NCBI GenBank assembly: GCA_026936335.1
Contig: JAPMXV010000003.1
Location: 124,001-188,000, forward strand
Length of the DNA stretch: 64,000 nt
Origin: Mantamonas sphyraenae STR306
Lineage: Eukaryota > Protista > CRuMs
Direction of reading: 5' to 3'
The first letter of the stretch is position 1, and each line of letters opens with the position of its first letter. The position numbers were made by a program, and so were the translations under genes. Below are positions 1-10,481 of the stretch, one piece after another. The notes below the pieces were generated by a model. The model was not told the DNA's origin, made no database searches, and saw nothing but the letters and a program-made list of their open reading frames with translations.

Positions 1-1889
1 GCCGGCAGCTTCAGCTCCACGCCTTCCCAGTCGTCTTTGCCCGGGGTGATGGTGAAGCGCACCTTGAGAGGCAAGAGGCGAGCCAGTTTGACAGCGCCCA
101 CAATGACACACAGGGCAGCTTGCGCGTTGTGCGACAACGAGCTGCTGTCCAGCTTCTGCAGCAGTTCGTGGCGCAGCACGTCGGAAGCCTTGTCCACAGC
201 CACCTGCAGCTTGTCCTGCGTCATGGAGGCAATAAAAGCACGATGAGGGGGCCTACGCATGTTGTGGAAGGCGTTGATGAGCATGACAAAGCCCATCTCC
301 TGTTCGCGCACCTCTTTGGTCGTGACGTCCAGGGACATCTTGAGGGCGCGGTCAAATGCAGCGGGAAAGTCATAGCTCAGCGGTCCGCCAATGGTCCAAT
401 CATAGGAAATGTAGCTGAGCACGGGCAGGTTCTGTGAAAACTCCTGGGCAATCTCAAAGTTAAAGTGGCGGAGGAACTCTTCGTTGCTCAGAGCCGGGCC
501 GATGATTTCCGAGTTGATGCGAGACGACGGGTGCGTTTGCATGTAGTCCACAAAGGCTTGGATGAGCCAGGCGGGCTTGTTTGCGTCGCGGCGGACGGAG
601 TCTACGCCAAACACGGTTTCGCTCCACTGGCGGGCATGGCGCTGCACGAGCACGTCGTCACAGAGGGTCGCCGACATGAGGGCCTGGATAAGGCCCGGGT
701 GCTTGGTAAGGATGTGTCCGACGGCAGTTTGCTCTAGCAGGACGGCTTTGGTGATGGCGTCGACAGCAATGGCCTGGAAGCGAGGGAGGTCCAGGATCTT
801 TGTGATCTCCATGCTGGGCACAGTCTTTGTGGAGCCGCCAAAGTGGATGATGGGGCTGAGGAGAAGGGTGCCAATCATCCATGCAGAGATGGAGCCGAGG
901 AAGAAGTTGTCGTACACATCGATGCCTGTGTTGGTGAACAGGCCGGCGACAAAGATGAGGGTGCCTGCGCCGCAGAAGATGGGCACGCAGTTGATGAACT
1001 GCAAGATGGTGTTGAAGTGTGCGCTGTGACCACAGGCAGGCTGGATCATGAGCGAAAACACGAGCAGGGCAGCAGCCATGATCATGACGACGACGGTGCC
1101 GGAGACCACACTCGTGGCGACGAGGATGGTCAAGCTGGACACAAACATGCCCTTGTAGAGACACTTGAGGGGCGGGAACGCGGCGACAAAGCGAATGACG
1201 CGAATATGGCGTGCGTTGTAGGCAAAGGAGATGGCTTCGTAGGAAAGAAGCAGGTAGGCGAAACAAGCGAAAACGATGAGGGGCAGATGCTCGGCGGAGA
1301 AGCACTGGATGGAGGGCTCCCAGTAGAGGTGGCCGGTGGCCTCGTTGCAGGCAAGGGGCAGGGCAAAGGCGGTGTACATGGGGATGAGGAGCAGGTCAAA
1401 GAAGGCGACGGAGAGCGTGTAGAGGAGGGTCTTCTCAGCGTTTTTGGCCTGGAGGGTTTCGTACCAAGGGTTGTTGAAGCCACAGAGCGGGAGTTGGCGC
1501 CTGCGGATGAGCTGGCGCAGCACAGCAATGCCGACGACGGGAACAAATGCGAGAGCAAACACGGGCACAACGGCAAACGGGGCAAAGTTGAGGGCGAGGA
1601 CACGAAAGATGGTGAGCGGGATGCTGCCGGGCCGGGCCACGACGATCCACTCAAACATGAGGGCGAGCACCTGCCAGAACTCAAAGAAGAACTTGAGCTG
1701 GGAGAGGCGGGTACGAAAGCGCGGGTCGGTGGCCATGCCGAGCTCCATGTTGACGGGGATGAGGGAGTTGCGCAAGGCTTCCACGTCTTCCTTGTGACGA
1801 CTGAGGACGTTTGGGGCCTTGCGGACGTAGTAGATGGTGGTACCGATGGCTACGGCATTGATACCGAGGAAGAATCCAACGTCCGCCAT
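1..1889 (-). CDS. Multi-pass membrane protein of unknown function with helical C-terminal region; 3' end runs off the window
   Basis: ATG at 1889 (MADVGFFLGINAVAIG...), open frame to the window edge (about 629 codons), roughly 8-10 hydrophobic segments in the first half. Absent from the ORF track because it has no stop in the window. Confidence 0.8.
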   Translation of the reverse strand, partial: MADVGFFLGINAVAIGTTIYYVRKAPNVLSRHKEDVEALRNSLIPVNMELGMATDPRFRTRLSQLKFFFEFWQVLALMFEWIVVARPGSIPLTIFRVLALNFAPFAVVPVFALAFVPVVGIAVLRQLIRRRQLPLCGFNNPWYETLQAKNAEKTLLYTLSVAFFDLLLIPMYTAFALPLACNEATGHLYWEPSIQCFSAEHLPLIVFACFAYLLLSYEAISFAYNARHIRVIRFVAAFPPLKCLYKGMFVSSLTILVATSVVSGTVVVMIMAAALLVFSLMIQPACGHSAHFNTILQFINCVPIFCGAGTLIFVAGLFTNTGIDVYDNFFLGSISAWMIGTLLLSPIIHFGGSTKTVPSMEITKILDLPRFQAIAVDAITKAVLLEQTAVGHILTKHPGLIQALMSATLCDDVLVQRHARQWSETVFGVDSVRRDANKPAWLIQAFVDYMQTHPSSRINSEIIGPALSNEEFLRHFNFEIAQEFSQNLPVLSYISYDWTIGGPLSYDFPAAFDRALKMSLDVTTKEVREQEMGFVMLINAFHNMRRPPHRAFIASMTQDKLQVAVDKASDVLRHELLQKLDSSSLSHNAQAALCVIVGAVKLARLLPLKVRFTITPGKDDWEGVELKLP

Positions 1890-1974
1890 GGTGGATTGGT
1901 ATGAGGAATGTTGTGCGTGCGGCAGCGGACGAAACGAGTTTGGGTTTTTGTGTGTGTGTGTGAGTGTGTGCGGG

Positions 1975-4365
1975 ATGGAGGACGACGAGAAGAAGGAAGA
2001 GAGAGCCCGAAAGAGGCCAAGCACAGGCAGCAGTGGCACAGGGGCAGGCAAGCCGCCCACGAGTGGGAAGAAGGAGCGGACGGGAGGCGGGGACAAGAAG
2101 AAGGGCAACGGCCGATCCTTTGTGGTGAATCACAAGGAGAAGTACACACAGAAGCTGGTGGCGAAAGTGAGAGCAGACCGACAGCGCAAAGAGAAGCTGG
2201 ACCAAAAGATGCGCAAGGAGCAGGAGCGGAGGGAGCGCATGCAACAGGTGAGGGGCGGGAGTTTGGGTCCAGGGGGAGTTTTGGGCGCGGCGCGCAAGCA
2301 AGAAGCCAAGCCAAGGGGAAAAACGCTGACGCAAAGCACACACACGCGCACATATGTATATTCTTGGGTCTTGTGGGACTCATGGGACGCTGCTGGATGG
2401 CGACACACGCAACGGGGACGCGGCCGAAACAAACAGCGGCGTGAAACGCTGCTGGCGGACGACGCGAGCGCTTCGGGAAACGATGACGACGGGGGCAGCG
2501 GGTGGCCGATGAACGAAGACAACCCAGAATGGCTGGCAGACCTGCAAAACAAGGTGCAGGGACGAGCGTACGGGGCGGCGGATCTGGAGGCGTGGGCTGA
2601 GGAGGACACGGCACGGTTTGAGGAGGACGAAGAGATTCGCAAAACGGTTGATCTGCTGGTCAAGTTGAGCAGCCTGTGGGACGACTCGAGTGCATGGAAG
2701 AAGAAGAAGCGGGAGCAAGATGGAGAGCGTGTGCTGCGCAAGAGCAGCAGTTCGAGCAGCAGCAAAAGCAACACAAGCGAGCGAAGTGCGGGTCGTGGGG
2801 AAGGACGTCGCGGCGGCGGGCGACGTGGGAAGCGCAGCGGGAAGCGCAACACAAGCACGAGCTCAGTGGTGTCGCAAAATAGCAGCAACACGGCAACCGA
2901 AAGTATGGTGAGTGCACACTCGCTGGCAACGGCTGCAGAGGGGGTGGTGCACGTGGTGGGGGCTGCGGGTCTGCACGATCCAAGCTCTCCCACGGTGACG
3001 GCGTACTGGAAACACATGAAACCGTGGGAGGCACGGCAACAGGTGAACATCTTTGAAGTGACCGAAGCAAAGGAAGCCGGCGGTGGCAGGGGCGGTGGCA
3101 GGCGGAGGTCCAACTCGAGCGCGGATGGCGGCAGTGGGGCAGACGACGACAGCCACCACTCGGGGATGCACAGCAGCAGGAGCAGCCACGTGGGCGCACC
3201 CAGGCTATCGTACCAGGGAGCAGCGTCGCGAAAGAAGCGGTACAAGGACTACCGCGTGTACATGACTGAACACGGCCGTGGCGGAGGTGGAGGCACCACC
3301 CTCTCGGGCTCGCCGAGCAGTAGCGAGAAGCGATCACCAGGAATCCACCGCACCGGTACGCGCCGTCCCATTCTCTCTGAGCGTCCCGTACGCACGGCAG
3401 GATCGCAGAGCAGCAGCAGCGGGTTGGGCCGCACAACAAATATGGGCGAGGGTGCTGGTATGGGGAGCAGCAGCAACAACAATATGCCTCCGCTTCCGGA
3501 GAGTCCATCAGGCGCATCAAGCTCGGGGGCGTCGCAGGGATCGCCTGCAGGGTCACCCAAAACGCCAAGGAAAACTATGCTAAAGATTCGCACTGACAAC
3601 GCGGGCAGCGGTGGCAAGCATGGCGACTCGGACGGAGATTATACGACGTACGTGCTGTCGCCACATGCTGGCGAGGTGCTGCGGAAGATGGGTATCTTTG
3701 AAGGGAGCAGCAACGACAGCAACGACGACGCAAGCCCCAACCAGAACAAGGACTCGTTGACGGTGACGTGGGACGACCTATGCCACCTGGACGACGAGCT
3801 GACAAACATTGGGGTCAGTTTGAAGCAGATCCTGCCGTTGCAACGCCGTCAGGTGCGCGTGGTCAAGATGCCCAGCAAGGATGACCCAAGCCGCAAGCGC
3901 CACGGCGAGCTGAGCGGATTGATTGAACACCGTAAAAAGGGGGATCGACGCAAGGGGAGCAAGAACAGCGGAGGGAGCAGCAGTGAGTCAACAACATCGA
4001 GCACAAGCACGAGTACAAGCACCAGCACAAGCACAAGCACAAGCACAGGCACAAGCGGTGTGCAGAGTAAGGGTAATGTCGGGATGGGAGGAACCCATGT
4101 GGCCACGGGAGTGCGTGCGGGACTGAGCGATAGTCTGACCGCGTCGAGCGCGTCGTTGGCTTCGCGACGAGCAAGCGCATCGCTGTTGGGCCGAGGCAAG
4201 AGCAGCACAGGGATACCCAGCGGAGGTTCAGATCTGCGCAAGTTTCCGCCCATTCGAGGGGCAGCGGTGGGACGCAGCAATCGGCCGTCCAGCAGCACCA
4301 GCGCACGATCGACGTCTTCGAGCACGAGCAGGGGCACAGGACGGCCATTCAGCGGCGGTGTGTGA
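1975..4365 (+). CDS. Hypothetical low-complexity Ser/Gly/Lys-rich protein
   Basis: Part of the 843-aa ORF; likely ATG 1975 (MEDDEKK), probable in-frame intron ~2248-2436 (gtgagg...ctgac...aaacag); no recognisable domain. Confidence 0.65.
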   Translation: MEDDEKKEERARKRPSTGSSGTGAGKPPTSGKKERTGGGDKKKGNGRSFVVNHKEKYTQKLVAKVRADRQRKEKLDQKMRKEQERRERMQQVRGGSLGPGGVLGAARKQEAKPRGKTLTQSTHTRTYVYSWVLWDSWDAAGWRHTQRGRGRNKQRRETLLADDASASGNDDDGGSGWPMNEDNPEWLADLQNKVQGRAYGAADLEAWAEEDTARFEEDEEIRKTVDLLVKLSSLWDDSSAWKKKKREQDGERVLRKSSSSSSSKSNTSERSAGRGEGRRGGGRRGKRSGKRNTSTSSVVSQNSSNTATESMVSAHSLATAAEGVVHVVGAAGLHDPSSPTVTAYWKHMKPWEARQQVNIFEVTEAKEAGGGRGGGRRRSNSSADGGSGADDDSHHSGMHSSRSSHVGAPRLSYQGAASRKKRYKDYRVYMTEHGRGGGGGTTLSGSPSSSEKRSPGIHRTGTRRPILSERPVRTAGSQSSSSGLGRTTNMGEGAGMGSSSNNNMPPLPESPSGASSSGASQGSPAGSPKTPRKTMLKIRTDNAGSGGKHGDSDGDYTTYVLSPHAGEVLRKMGIFEGSSNDSNDDASPNQNKDSLTVTWDDLCHLDDELTNIGVSLKQILPLQRRQVRVVKMPSKDDPSRKRHGELSGLIEHRKKGDRRKGSKNSGGSSSESTTSSTSTSTSTSTSTSTSTGTSGVQSKGNVGMGGTHVATGVRAGLSDSLTASSASLASRRASASLLGRGKSSTGIPSGGSDLRKFPPIRGAAVGRSNRPSSSTSARSTSSSTSRGTGRPFSGGV

Positions 4366-4394
4366 CTCATCAATCACCCGCACGATTGTTTTGT

Positions 4395-5866
4395 TCATTT
4401 GGATTTTGACTGAGCATCAAGTGACCTCGCAGACGCCATTGGGAGCAACTTGCCGCTGGCAAAGGTGGGGCCTGGCACATGTGCCGAGAGAAACTGGACG
4501 AGCACAAAGATGTTGACGATGAAAAACAGGATGCCGGCAGACCAGACAGGGAGGAAGAAGTTGCGCGCTTGGAACTCGAGCTGATAGGCCATAGCAAGCC
4601 ACAGCAGCTGGGAGCCAAACCATGCGGCAAAAAGATAGGCGCCGCGGCGGGCCGATAGGAGGGAGACAGGGAGGACGAGCGGAAGCAGGGACAGGTACCA
4701 GATAAAGTACTGAACTGTGCACACCTTGTTGAAGGCGACAAAGACGAGGGTTTGACAAAACACCGCAAAGGTGATGTCCTTGTGGTACTTGTGAGCGAGG
4801 GCAAGGAGGAGGACAATCTGGGGCAGAAAGGCAAGGAGGCCCACGCCCGAGGGTCCACTCAGGTAAAGGGAGTAAAAGTAGACGGAGAAGTTGTGGCGAT
4901 GGTCGGTGCGCTCGATGTGATACAGATAGGTCTCGTAGAGGAACTGCCAACCGTAGATCCAATAGAGGAGGGCGGTCGTGAGGATGCAGACAGCAGCACT
5001 GAGCAGAGAAAAGACGACGCGGTCGCGGTTGAAGAAGGAACGCAGAGAGGAAGGCGAGGATGAAGTGGCAGGCTGGCTGCGATACTCGGGGCCGAAGAAA
5101 AACAGAAAGGCAGGCGCATACATGATGGGGTAAATCTTGAAATGGACAGAGAGGCCGTAAATGATGGCAGCTGGGACCACTTGGTGGTTGAACACAAAGT
5201 AGAGTGTGGAGGTGACCATGAGAGAGATGAGCGATTCGGCGTTGCCGCGAGTGGACACATTGACAGCCACAGGGTTGAAGAGCCACAGACACGTGTACAA
5301 GAGGGCATTGCGTTGCTGTTGAGCCAATTGGAGCTCAGGGGTGGACGCGGACGCGCTCTTGACGAGGGGCAGCCGTCGTTTGAGGATGGCGTAGATGCAG
5401 AGGCCGATCAGGAGGTCGTTGGCAGCAAAGAGGAGCTTGCCAAACACTTTGTGCACGTAAATATTGGGTAAAAGAAGCCAGGCCAGCAGCGGTGTGTAGC
5501 GGAAGGTGGCTCGTGTGTAAGGGGACAGCCCCTGAGCGACGAAGCGGGCGCCGTCTGTGAACACCTCGTAGTCGATGTCTGTGTACTTGACAGCGACTGT
5601 GCGAGGCCGCAGCAGCGCGGGTGGGGCAACAAAGAGTGGGCCGTTGTTGATTGGAGAACAGGCAACGCGGGTGGGGGGGGCGGGAATGGAGAGGGTGAAA
5701 GGATGTGGAGGTGGCAGGAGGAGGAGTGTGAGCGAGCGCGGCACATGTAGGACGAATGGCCAGTGCAAGGGTACGACGTACAGTTTGCATCTTGCCACTC
5801 GGCATACACAATTACAAGGAGACGTAGGAGGGCAGCAGCAAGGAAAACCTGCGTGGGAGACCACAT
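4395..5866 (-). CDS. PIGM: GPI mannosyltransferase 1
   Basis: Exons 5866-5782 and 5596-4395 give ...WQDANFAVKYTDIDYEVFTDGA, SPYTRATFRYTPLLA, STRGNAE, VHFKIYP, DHRHNFS, FNKVCTVQYF. Confidence 0.95.
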
Positions 5867-5948
5867 GAGAAGCGGTGGCAGGAAGCAAGTGGTTGGGTGT
5901 TCCAGGGCGCCGGATGATGCAGCGCTACACGAACGAGATCCCGGAGCG

Positions 5949-8900
5949 ATGCAGTCCAGAGAGCAGTTTGTAGATGCGCAACTCAAGTTGATTGAGCTGG
6001 AGCGGGACTCTGAAATGGAGGAGAGCGGCCTGCTGTTGGCAAACGCGAGCGCACGTGAGCTGGAGGCAAACGGGGTGGGGGTGGGCAAGCTGCGAGCTGC
6101 CGAAGTGCGTACAAACAGACTGGGTCGCACCGAAGTGCGCTTTGTGCGACAGTACAAGGGTGAGGACGGGGAACTAAGTCTGCCTGCACACAGAATCACC
6201 TCGGGGGACATTGTGAGCGTACGGCCGACGGCGTGGCTGACGGGCGGAGGCCCTGCGGCAGGAGAGGAGACATCTGCAGACGGTTTGACGGGAGTGGTGT
6301 ATCGTGTGAAGCCACACAGCATTGCGGTGTCATTTGACGAGTGGACGGAGTTTGCGGACGGATCGCTGGTGCTGACGAAGCTGGCGAACGACGTTACGTA
6401 CAAGAGGCTCAAGAACACCCTGCATGATTTGCGTGGATACAAAAACGGCCCTGCGCAGCGTGTGGTGGACGTTCTTTTTGGTGATGAGAAGCCAGAACAG
6501 AGCAGAAGCAGTGGAGGCGGGGGAGGCGGCGGCGAAAGCGTTGAGGGCCAATCCTCTGGCGGGTGGAAGGCGTTGAACCCGAGGTTGAACGAGACCCAAG
6601 TAGAGGCCATTGACTTTGCACTGCGCAGCAAGGACGTGTCTCTGATCCACGGGCCCCCCGGAACAGGCAAGACGACGACTGTGGTCGAGCTGATTGCGCA
6701 GTGTGTTGCTCGAGGCGACAAGGTGCTTGCGTGTGCGCCTTCCAATGTGGCGGTGGACAATCTGGTGGAACGGCTGGCGAGTGCGCCGTACTCTGTGTCG
6801 CTGGTGCGGCTGGGCCACCCTGCAAGGCTGTTGCCGTCGGTCCTGAAGCACTGCCTGGATGCACAGCTGGAGATGGAGGATGGGAGTGAGTTGGTGGACG
6901 ACATCAGGCAAGAGCTTCAGGAGATCCAAGCCCAGCTGAGTGGAGCCAAGCGGAAGCCAAAGCAGCAGTCGTACGGAGAGATCAAGGCAAAGCGCAGAGA
7001 ATTGCGAAAGGAGATGCGGGAACGGAGCGACGCTGTGATGCAGCGTGTGCTCTCATCTGCGGACGTGTTTCTTTGCACATGCACGGGTGCAGCGGGGCGA
7101 GATGCTTTGGCAGCCGCCAAACTTGTGGGCGCGTTTGATGTGTGTGTGATCGACGAGGCAGCACAAGCGCTGGAGGCCAGCTGCTGGATTCCAATGCTCT
7201 TGTGTAAGCGCACAGTGCTTGCAGGCGATCATTTGCAGCTGCCTCCGACGATCAGCTCGAGCGAGGCAGCAGCGGGCGGATTGGACGTGACGATGTTTGA
7301 TCGAGTGCAGGAGATGTACGGGGAAAGCGCAGTGCGCATGCTGACGATGCAGTACCGCATGCACACAAAGATCATGGAGTGGAGCAGCAAAGAGATGTAC
7401 GACGGAGCGCTTGTGGCGCACGAAAGCGTGGCGAACCACTTGCTGAAGGACTTGGATGGGCAGGTGGAAGACAACGAGGACACACACAATGCACTGGTGA
7501 TGGTAGACACTACAGGGTCCGACATGCTGGAACAGAGTGGGACAGGTGAGCGTGCCGGTGGAGGGAGCAGCAGCGGGAGCGGCAGCGGGCGAGGCAGCCT
7601 TCTGAACGCGGAAACCAAATCCAATGCCGGAGAGGTGGACCTTGTGGCGGAACAGGTGGAAGCTTTGGTGCAAGCAGGAGTGGCAGCGAGTGACGTGGGA
7701 GTGATCACGCCGTACAACGGGCAAGTGCAGCTGCTGCGCGAGCGTATTGGAAGCGTGCACGGAGAGGTGGAGATCAGCAGTGTGGATGGATTCCAGGGCA
7801 GAGAGAAAGAGGCCATTGTGATCAGCATGGTGCGATCGAACGACAAGCAGGAGATTGGATTTTTGAGCGACCGACGCAGGATGAACGTGGCGATCACCCG
7901 CGCGCGGCGGTACTGTTGTGTCATTGGCAACTTTGGGATGTGTTCGATGGAGCCGTTCCTGGAGCGACTGAGCAACTATTTGATGGACAACGCGGACTAC
8001 CGTTCGTTTATGATGTACGAGAGCGCAGAGACGCTGGCGGCCGTGGTTGGGGACCAGAGTTCGCAGGGACAGGAGCACAAGAAAGGGCTTGTAGAAGAGG
8101 CGAAAGCAGAGAATGCTCGCCAAGCGGAGATGCGCAAGGGCCAAGCGCGCGCTGAGGAGAACAAAAACAAGCGCGAGCAATTTGGGGCGGTGCTGCGATC
8201 GTATGCAGATGGGAAGCGAAGCGGGTTGCCGATTGAGGGGATTGAGCGTGCAGAGCACAGGCCGACTGTGTCGAAAGAGGGTATCCTGTCGTTTCCGCCA
8301 GCGCTGAATTCGTACGAACGGCGGCTTGTGCACCAACTGTGTGAGGAGCTGAGGCTGCGACATGAGAGTGCAGGCGAGGAAGGAAGCAGGCACATTGAGG
8401 TGTGGGGAGAAGCAGAGGCGGCTCAGATGGAAGACGCTGTGGTGGTCGTTGAAGTGGAGACGGAGGTGGAGACTGCGGCGACGGAAGAGGAGACAGCAAT
8501 TGCACAGCAGGATGGCCAAAGCGGTGGCAAAGGAGGTTTGGGTGGAGTGAAACGTGCACTGACGCCCGGAGACATCATGCGCATGAACATGGCCGAGGGG
8601 ATGGCTCCGCACGGAGGGGTGTCGAGCTCGACGAGCACGTCCGGGTCACAGGAGAAGGGCAAGGACAAGGGCAAGGAAAAGGAGAGTGGAAAAGGCAAGG
8701 GAAAGGGAAAGAGCAAGGGAAAGGGAAAGGGCAAGAAGGGCAAGAAGAATGCCGGAGAGAAGCAGTTTGATGCACTGATGGCAGAGGATGACGAGATGGC
8801 ACTGCTGGACTCGCTGATTGCCGCCAAGAACCAATGTGCGGTGAAGGGATGCAAAGAAAAGGTGGTTGTGATGAACCGCACATGTGACTATTGTCAGGCG

Positions 8901-9182
8901 GTGTACTGCTACGGACATGCGATGCCGGAGAAGCATGGATGCGGCGAGGCGGCACGGAAGCATTCGCGAGCGCAGTTTGTGGCACAGCGAAGCAGCGGTT
9001 CATCTGCCGGCAAGGGCATGAAGGCCAGCGACAAGGTTTACTTTGGCAACAAGTTGGCCAAGAAGAAGGAGGAAGCGCGGAACGCACGCAGCAGCGGCAG
9101 TGGAGAGGGCAACGGAGGCAGCGGAGGTGGTGGCGGGCGTTTGAAGAACAAGCGTGCCAAAAACAAGCGCAAGGTGGGATGA
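5949..9182 (+). CDS. IGHMBP2: SMUBP-2/IGHMBP2 SF1 helicase with R3H and AN1 zinc finger
   Basis: HGPPGTGKT, DEAAQ, GDHLQLPP, VDGFQGREKE, RRMNVAITRARR; R3H motif FPPALNSYERRLVHQLCEE; AN1 finger CDYC...HAMPEKHGC. Confidence 0.95.
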   Translation: MQSREQFVDAQLKLIELERDSEMEESGLLLANASARELEANGVGVGKLRAAEVRTNRLGRTEVRFVRQYKGEDGELSLPAHRITSGDIVSVRPTAWLTGGGPAAGEETSADGLTGVVYRVKPHSIAVSFDEWTEFADGSLVLTKLANDVTYKRLKNTLHDLRGYKNGPAQRVVDVLFGDEKPEQSRSSGGGGGGGESVEGQSSGGWKALNPRLNETQVEAIDFALRSKDVSLIHGPPGTGKTTTVVELIAQCVARGDKVLACAPSNVAVDNLVERLASAPYSVSLVRLGHPARLLPSVLKHCLDAQLEMEDGSELVDDIRQELQEIQAQLSGAKRKPKQQSYGEIKAKRRELRKEMRERSDAVMQRVLSSADVFLCTCTGAAGRDALAAAKLVGAFDVCVIDEAAQALEASCWIPMLLCKRTVLAGDHLQLPPTISSSEAAAGGLDVTMFDRVQEMYGESAVRMLTMQYRMHTKIMEWSSKEMYDGALVAHESVANHLLKDLDGQVEDNEDTHNALVMVDTTGSDMLEQSGTGERAGGGSSSGSGSGRGSLLNAETKSNAGEVDLVAEQVEALVQAGVAASDVGVITPYNGQVQLLRERIGSVHGEVEISSVDGFQGREKEAIVISMVRSNDKQEIGFLSDRRRMNVAITRARRYCCVIGNFGMCSMEPFLERLSNYLMDNADYRSFMMYESAETLAAVVGDQSSQGQEHKKGLVEEAKAENARQAEMRKGQARAEENKNKREQFGAVLRSYADGKRSGLPIEGIERAEHRPTVSKEGILSFPPALNSYERRLVHQLCEELRLRHESAGEEGSRHIEVWGEAEAAQMEDAVVVVEVETEVETAATEEETAIAQQDGQSGGKGGLGGVKRALTPGDIMRMNMAEGMAPHGGVSSSTSTSGSQEKGKDKGKEKESGKGKGKGKSKGKGKGKKGKKNAGEKQFDALMAEDDEMALLDSLIAAKNQCAVKGCKEKVVVMNRTCDYCQAVYCYGHAMPEKHGCGEAARKHSRAQFVAQRSSGSSAGKGMKASDKVYFGNKLAKKKEEARNARSSGSGEGNGGSGGGGGRLKNKRAKNKRKVG

Positions 9183-9238
9183 GGAATTGGTGAGCTGAGA
9201 GAGGACGTGTCCCGGATGGGCCCAGGGAAACCGCGCAG

Positions 9239-10390
9239 ATGTCGACAGCTGAGGAGGAAGATGGTCAGGAGAGGGGAGAGGAAACAAAGGGCCAAGATTG
9301 GAAACGTTGTCGGATAGAAGAGAGTGGGAAGAAGGTGAGCCAAGGCCGGAAGCATGCGGTGATTGTGGTGTGGGGCGAGGCGCTCGTGAACGCCAGTGAT
9401 CTTGTGCCAGTGCACGAAAAGCGAGCGACGCAAACAGGGGATCTGATGGAGCAGCTGGGGCTTCTGTCAAGCCACAGCAAGGTGACCATGGTGTGTCCCT
9501 CTCGAGCAACGACACTGAGCACGATCCACAGCTTCCACGACGAAGAGTTCGTGCGCGTTCTTCAGGAGGCTGGCATGCCAAATGCAACTGTGGAAGAGGA
9601 GACATTGGCCGAGTATGGTCTGGTGGATGATTGCGCACCGTTTGAAGGGGTATATGATCATGCGGCGTGGTTGGTTGCCGGTTCAGTGGCAGGAGCGCAG
9701 TGTTTGGTCAGGAACAAGACACTACGGGCGGTACACTGGCTTGGAGGACGGCACCACGCACAAACGGACAGTGCGTCTGGCATCTGCTTCCTGAATGACA
9801 TTGTTCTGGCGATCCAGTGTCTGCGTGACACGTACGCGCGCGTGCTGTACGTTGACCTGGACGCACACCACGGGGACGGTGTTTCGAGCGCATACGCGAC
9901 GTCGCAGCGCGTGTACTGTCTTTCTTTCCACCGGTACGAAGCCGGCTTCTTTCCCGGAAGCGGAGGCGAGGGAGAGCGAGGACGAGGCCGCGGCAAGGGG
10001 TTCACGCGCAACGTACCGTTGAAGCAGGATGTTACGACCGCCAAGTTTGTGCAACTTGTGCGTGAGCATGTGACACAGGTGGTGCGCGAGTTTGAGCCAG
10101 AGTGTATGGTTGTGCAGTGCGGAGTGGACGCGTTGGCGGGCGATCCGCTGGGGGGTATGGAGCTGGAGCTGGATGGGTTTGCAGACGCAGTGGAGTGGCT
10201 GCACACCGGTCATCGTGAGCTTCCAATGCTGTTTCTGGGAGGTGGCGGGTACGTGGACGCGACGTATGCGCGTGCCATGGCGTTGTTCCAATCGATCATC
10301 CTGGACGAGCGCCTGGAGGCCAATACGCCGATCCCAGACACGGTTGAGCTGTACGAAGAGTATGCACCTGGTTTCGAGCTGGCACCGTGA
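9239..10390 (+). CDS. HDAC8: Class I histone deacetylase, HDAC8-like
   Basis: GGRHHA, GICFLND, DLDAHHGDG, GVDALAGDPLG, GGGGY catalytic motifs intact. Confidence 0.85.
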   Translation: MSTAEEEDGQERGEETKGQDWKRCRIEESGKKVSQGRKHAVIVVWGEALVNASDLVPVHEKRATQTGDLMEQLGLLSSHSKVTMVCPSRATTLSTIHSFHDEEFVRVLQEAGMPNATVEEETLAEYGLVDDCAPFEGVYDHAAWLVAGSVAGAQCLVRNKTLRAVHWLGGRHHAQTDSASGICFLNDIVLAIQCLRDTYARVLYVDLDAHHGDGVSSAYATSQRVYCLSFHRYEAGFFPGSGGEGERGRGRGKGFTRNVPLKQDVTTAKFVQLVREHVTQVVREFEPECMVVQCGVDALAGDPLGGMELELDGFADAVEWLHTGHRELPMLFLGGGGYVDATYARAMALFQSIILDERLEANTPIPDTVELYEEYAPGFELAP

Positions 10391-10481
10391 ATGAGAGCGA
10401 GTTGCGCAGTGGCGGACAGGAAGCGTGGCGTGGCTGGCTGCAGTGCTGCGGCCTCGGAAACAAAAGGATTGGGTTTTTGGC

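Noticed and set aside
10388-10480. Readthrough or selenocysteine at the HDAC TGA followed by an in-frame ATG
   Set aside because: The downstream peptide does not resemble an HDAC C-terminus, runs into the NIPA gene, and no SECIS is evident.
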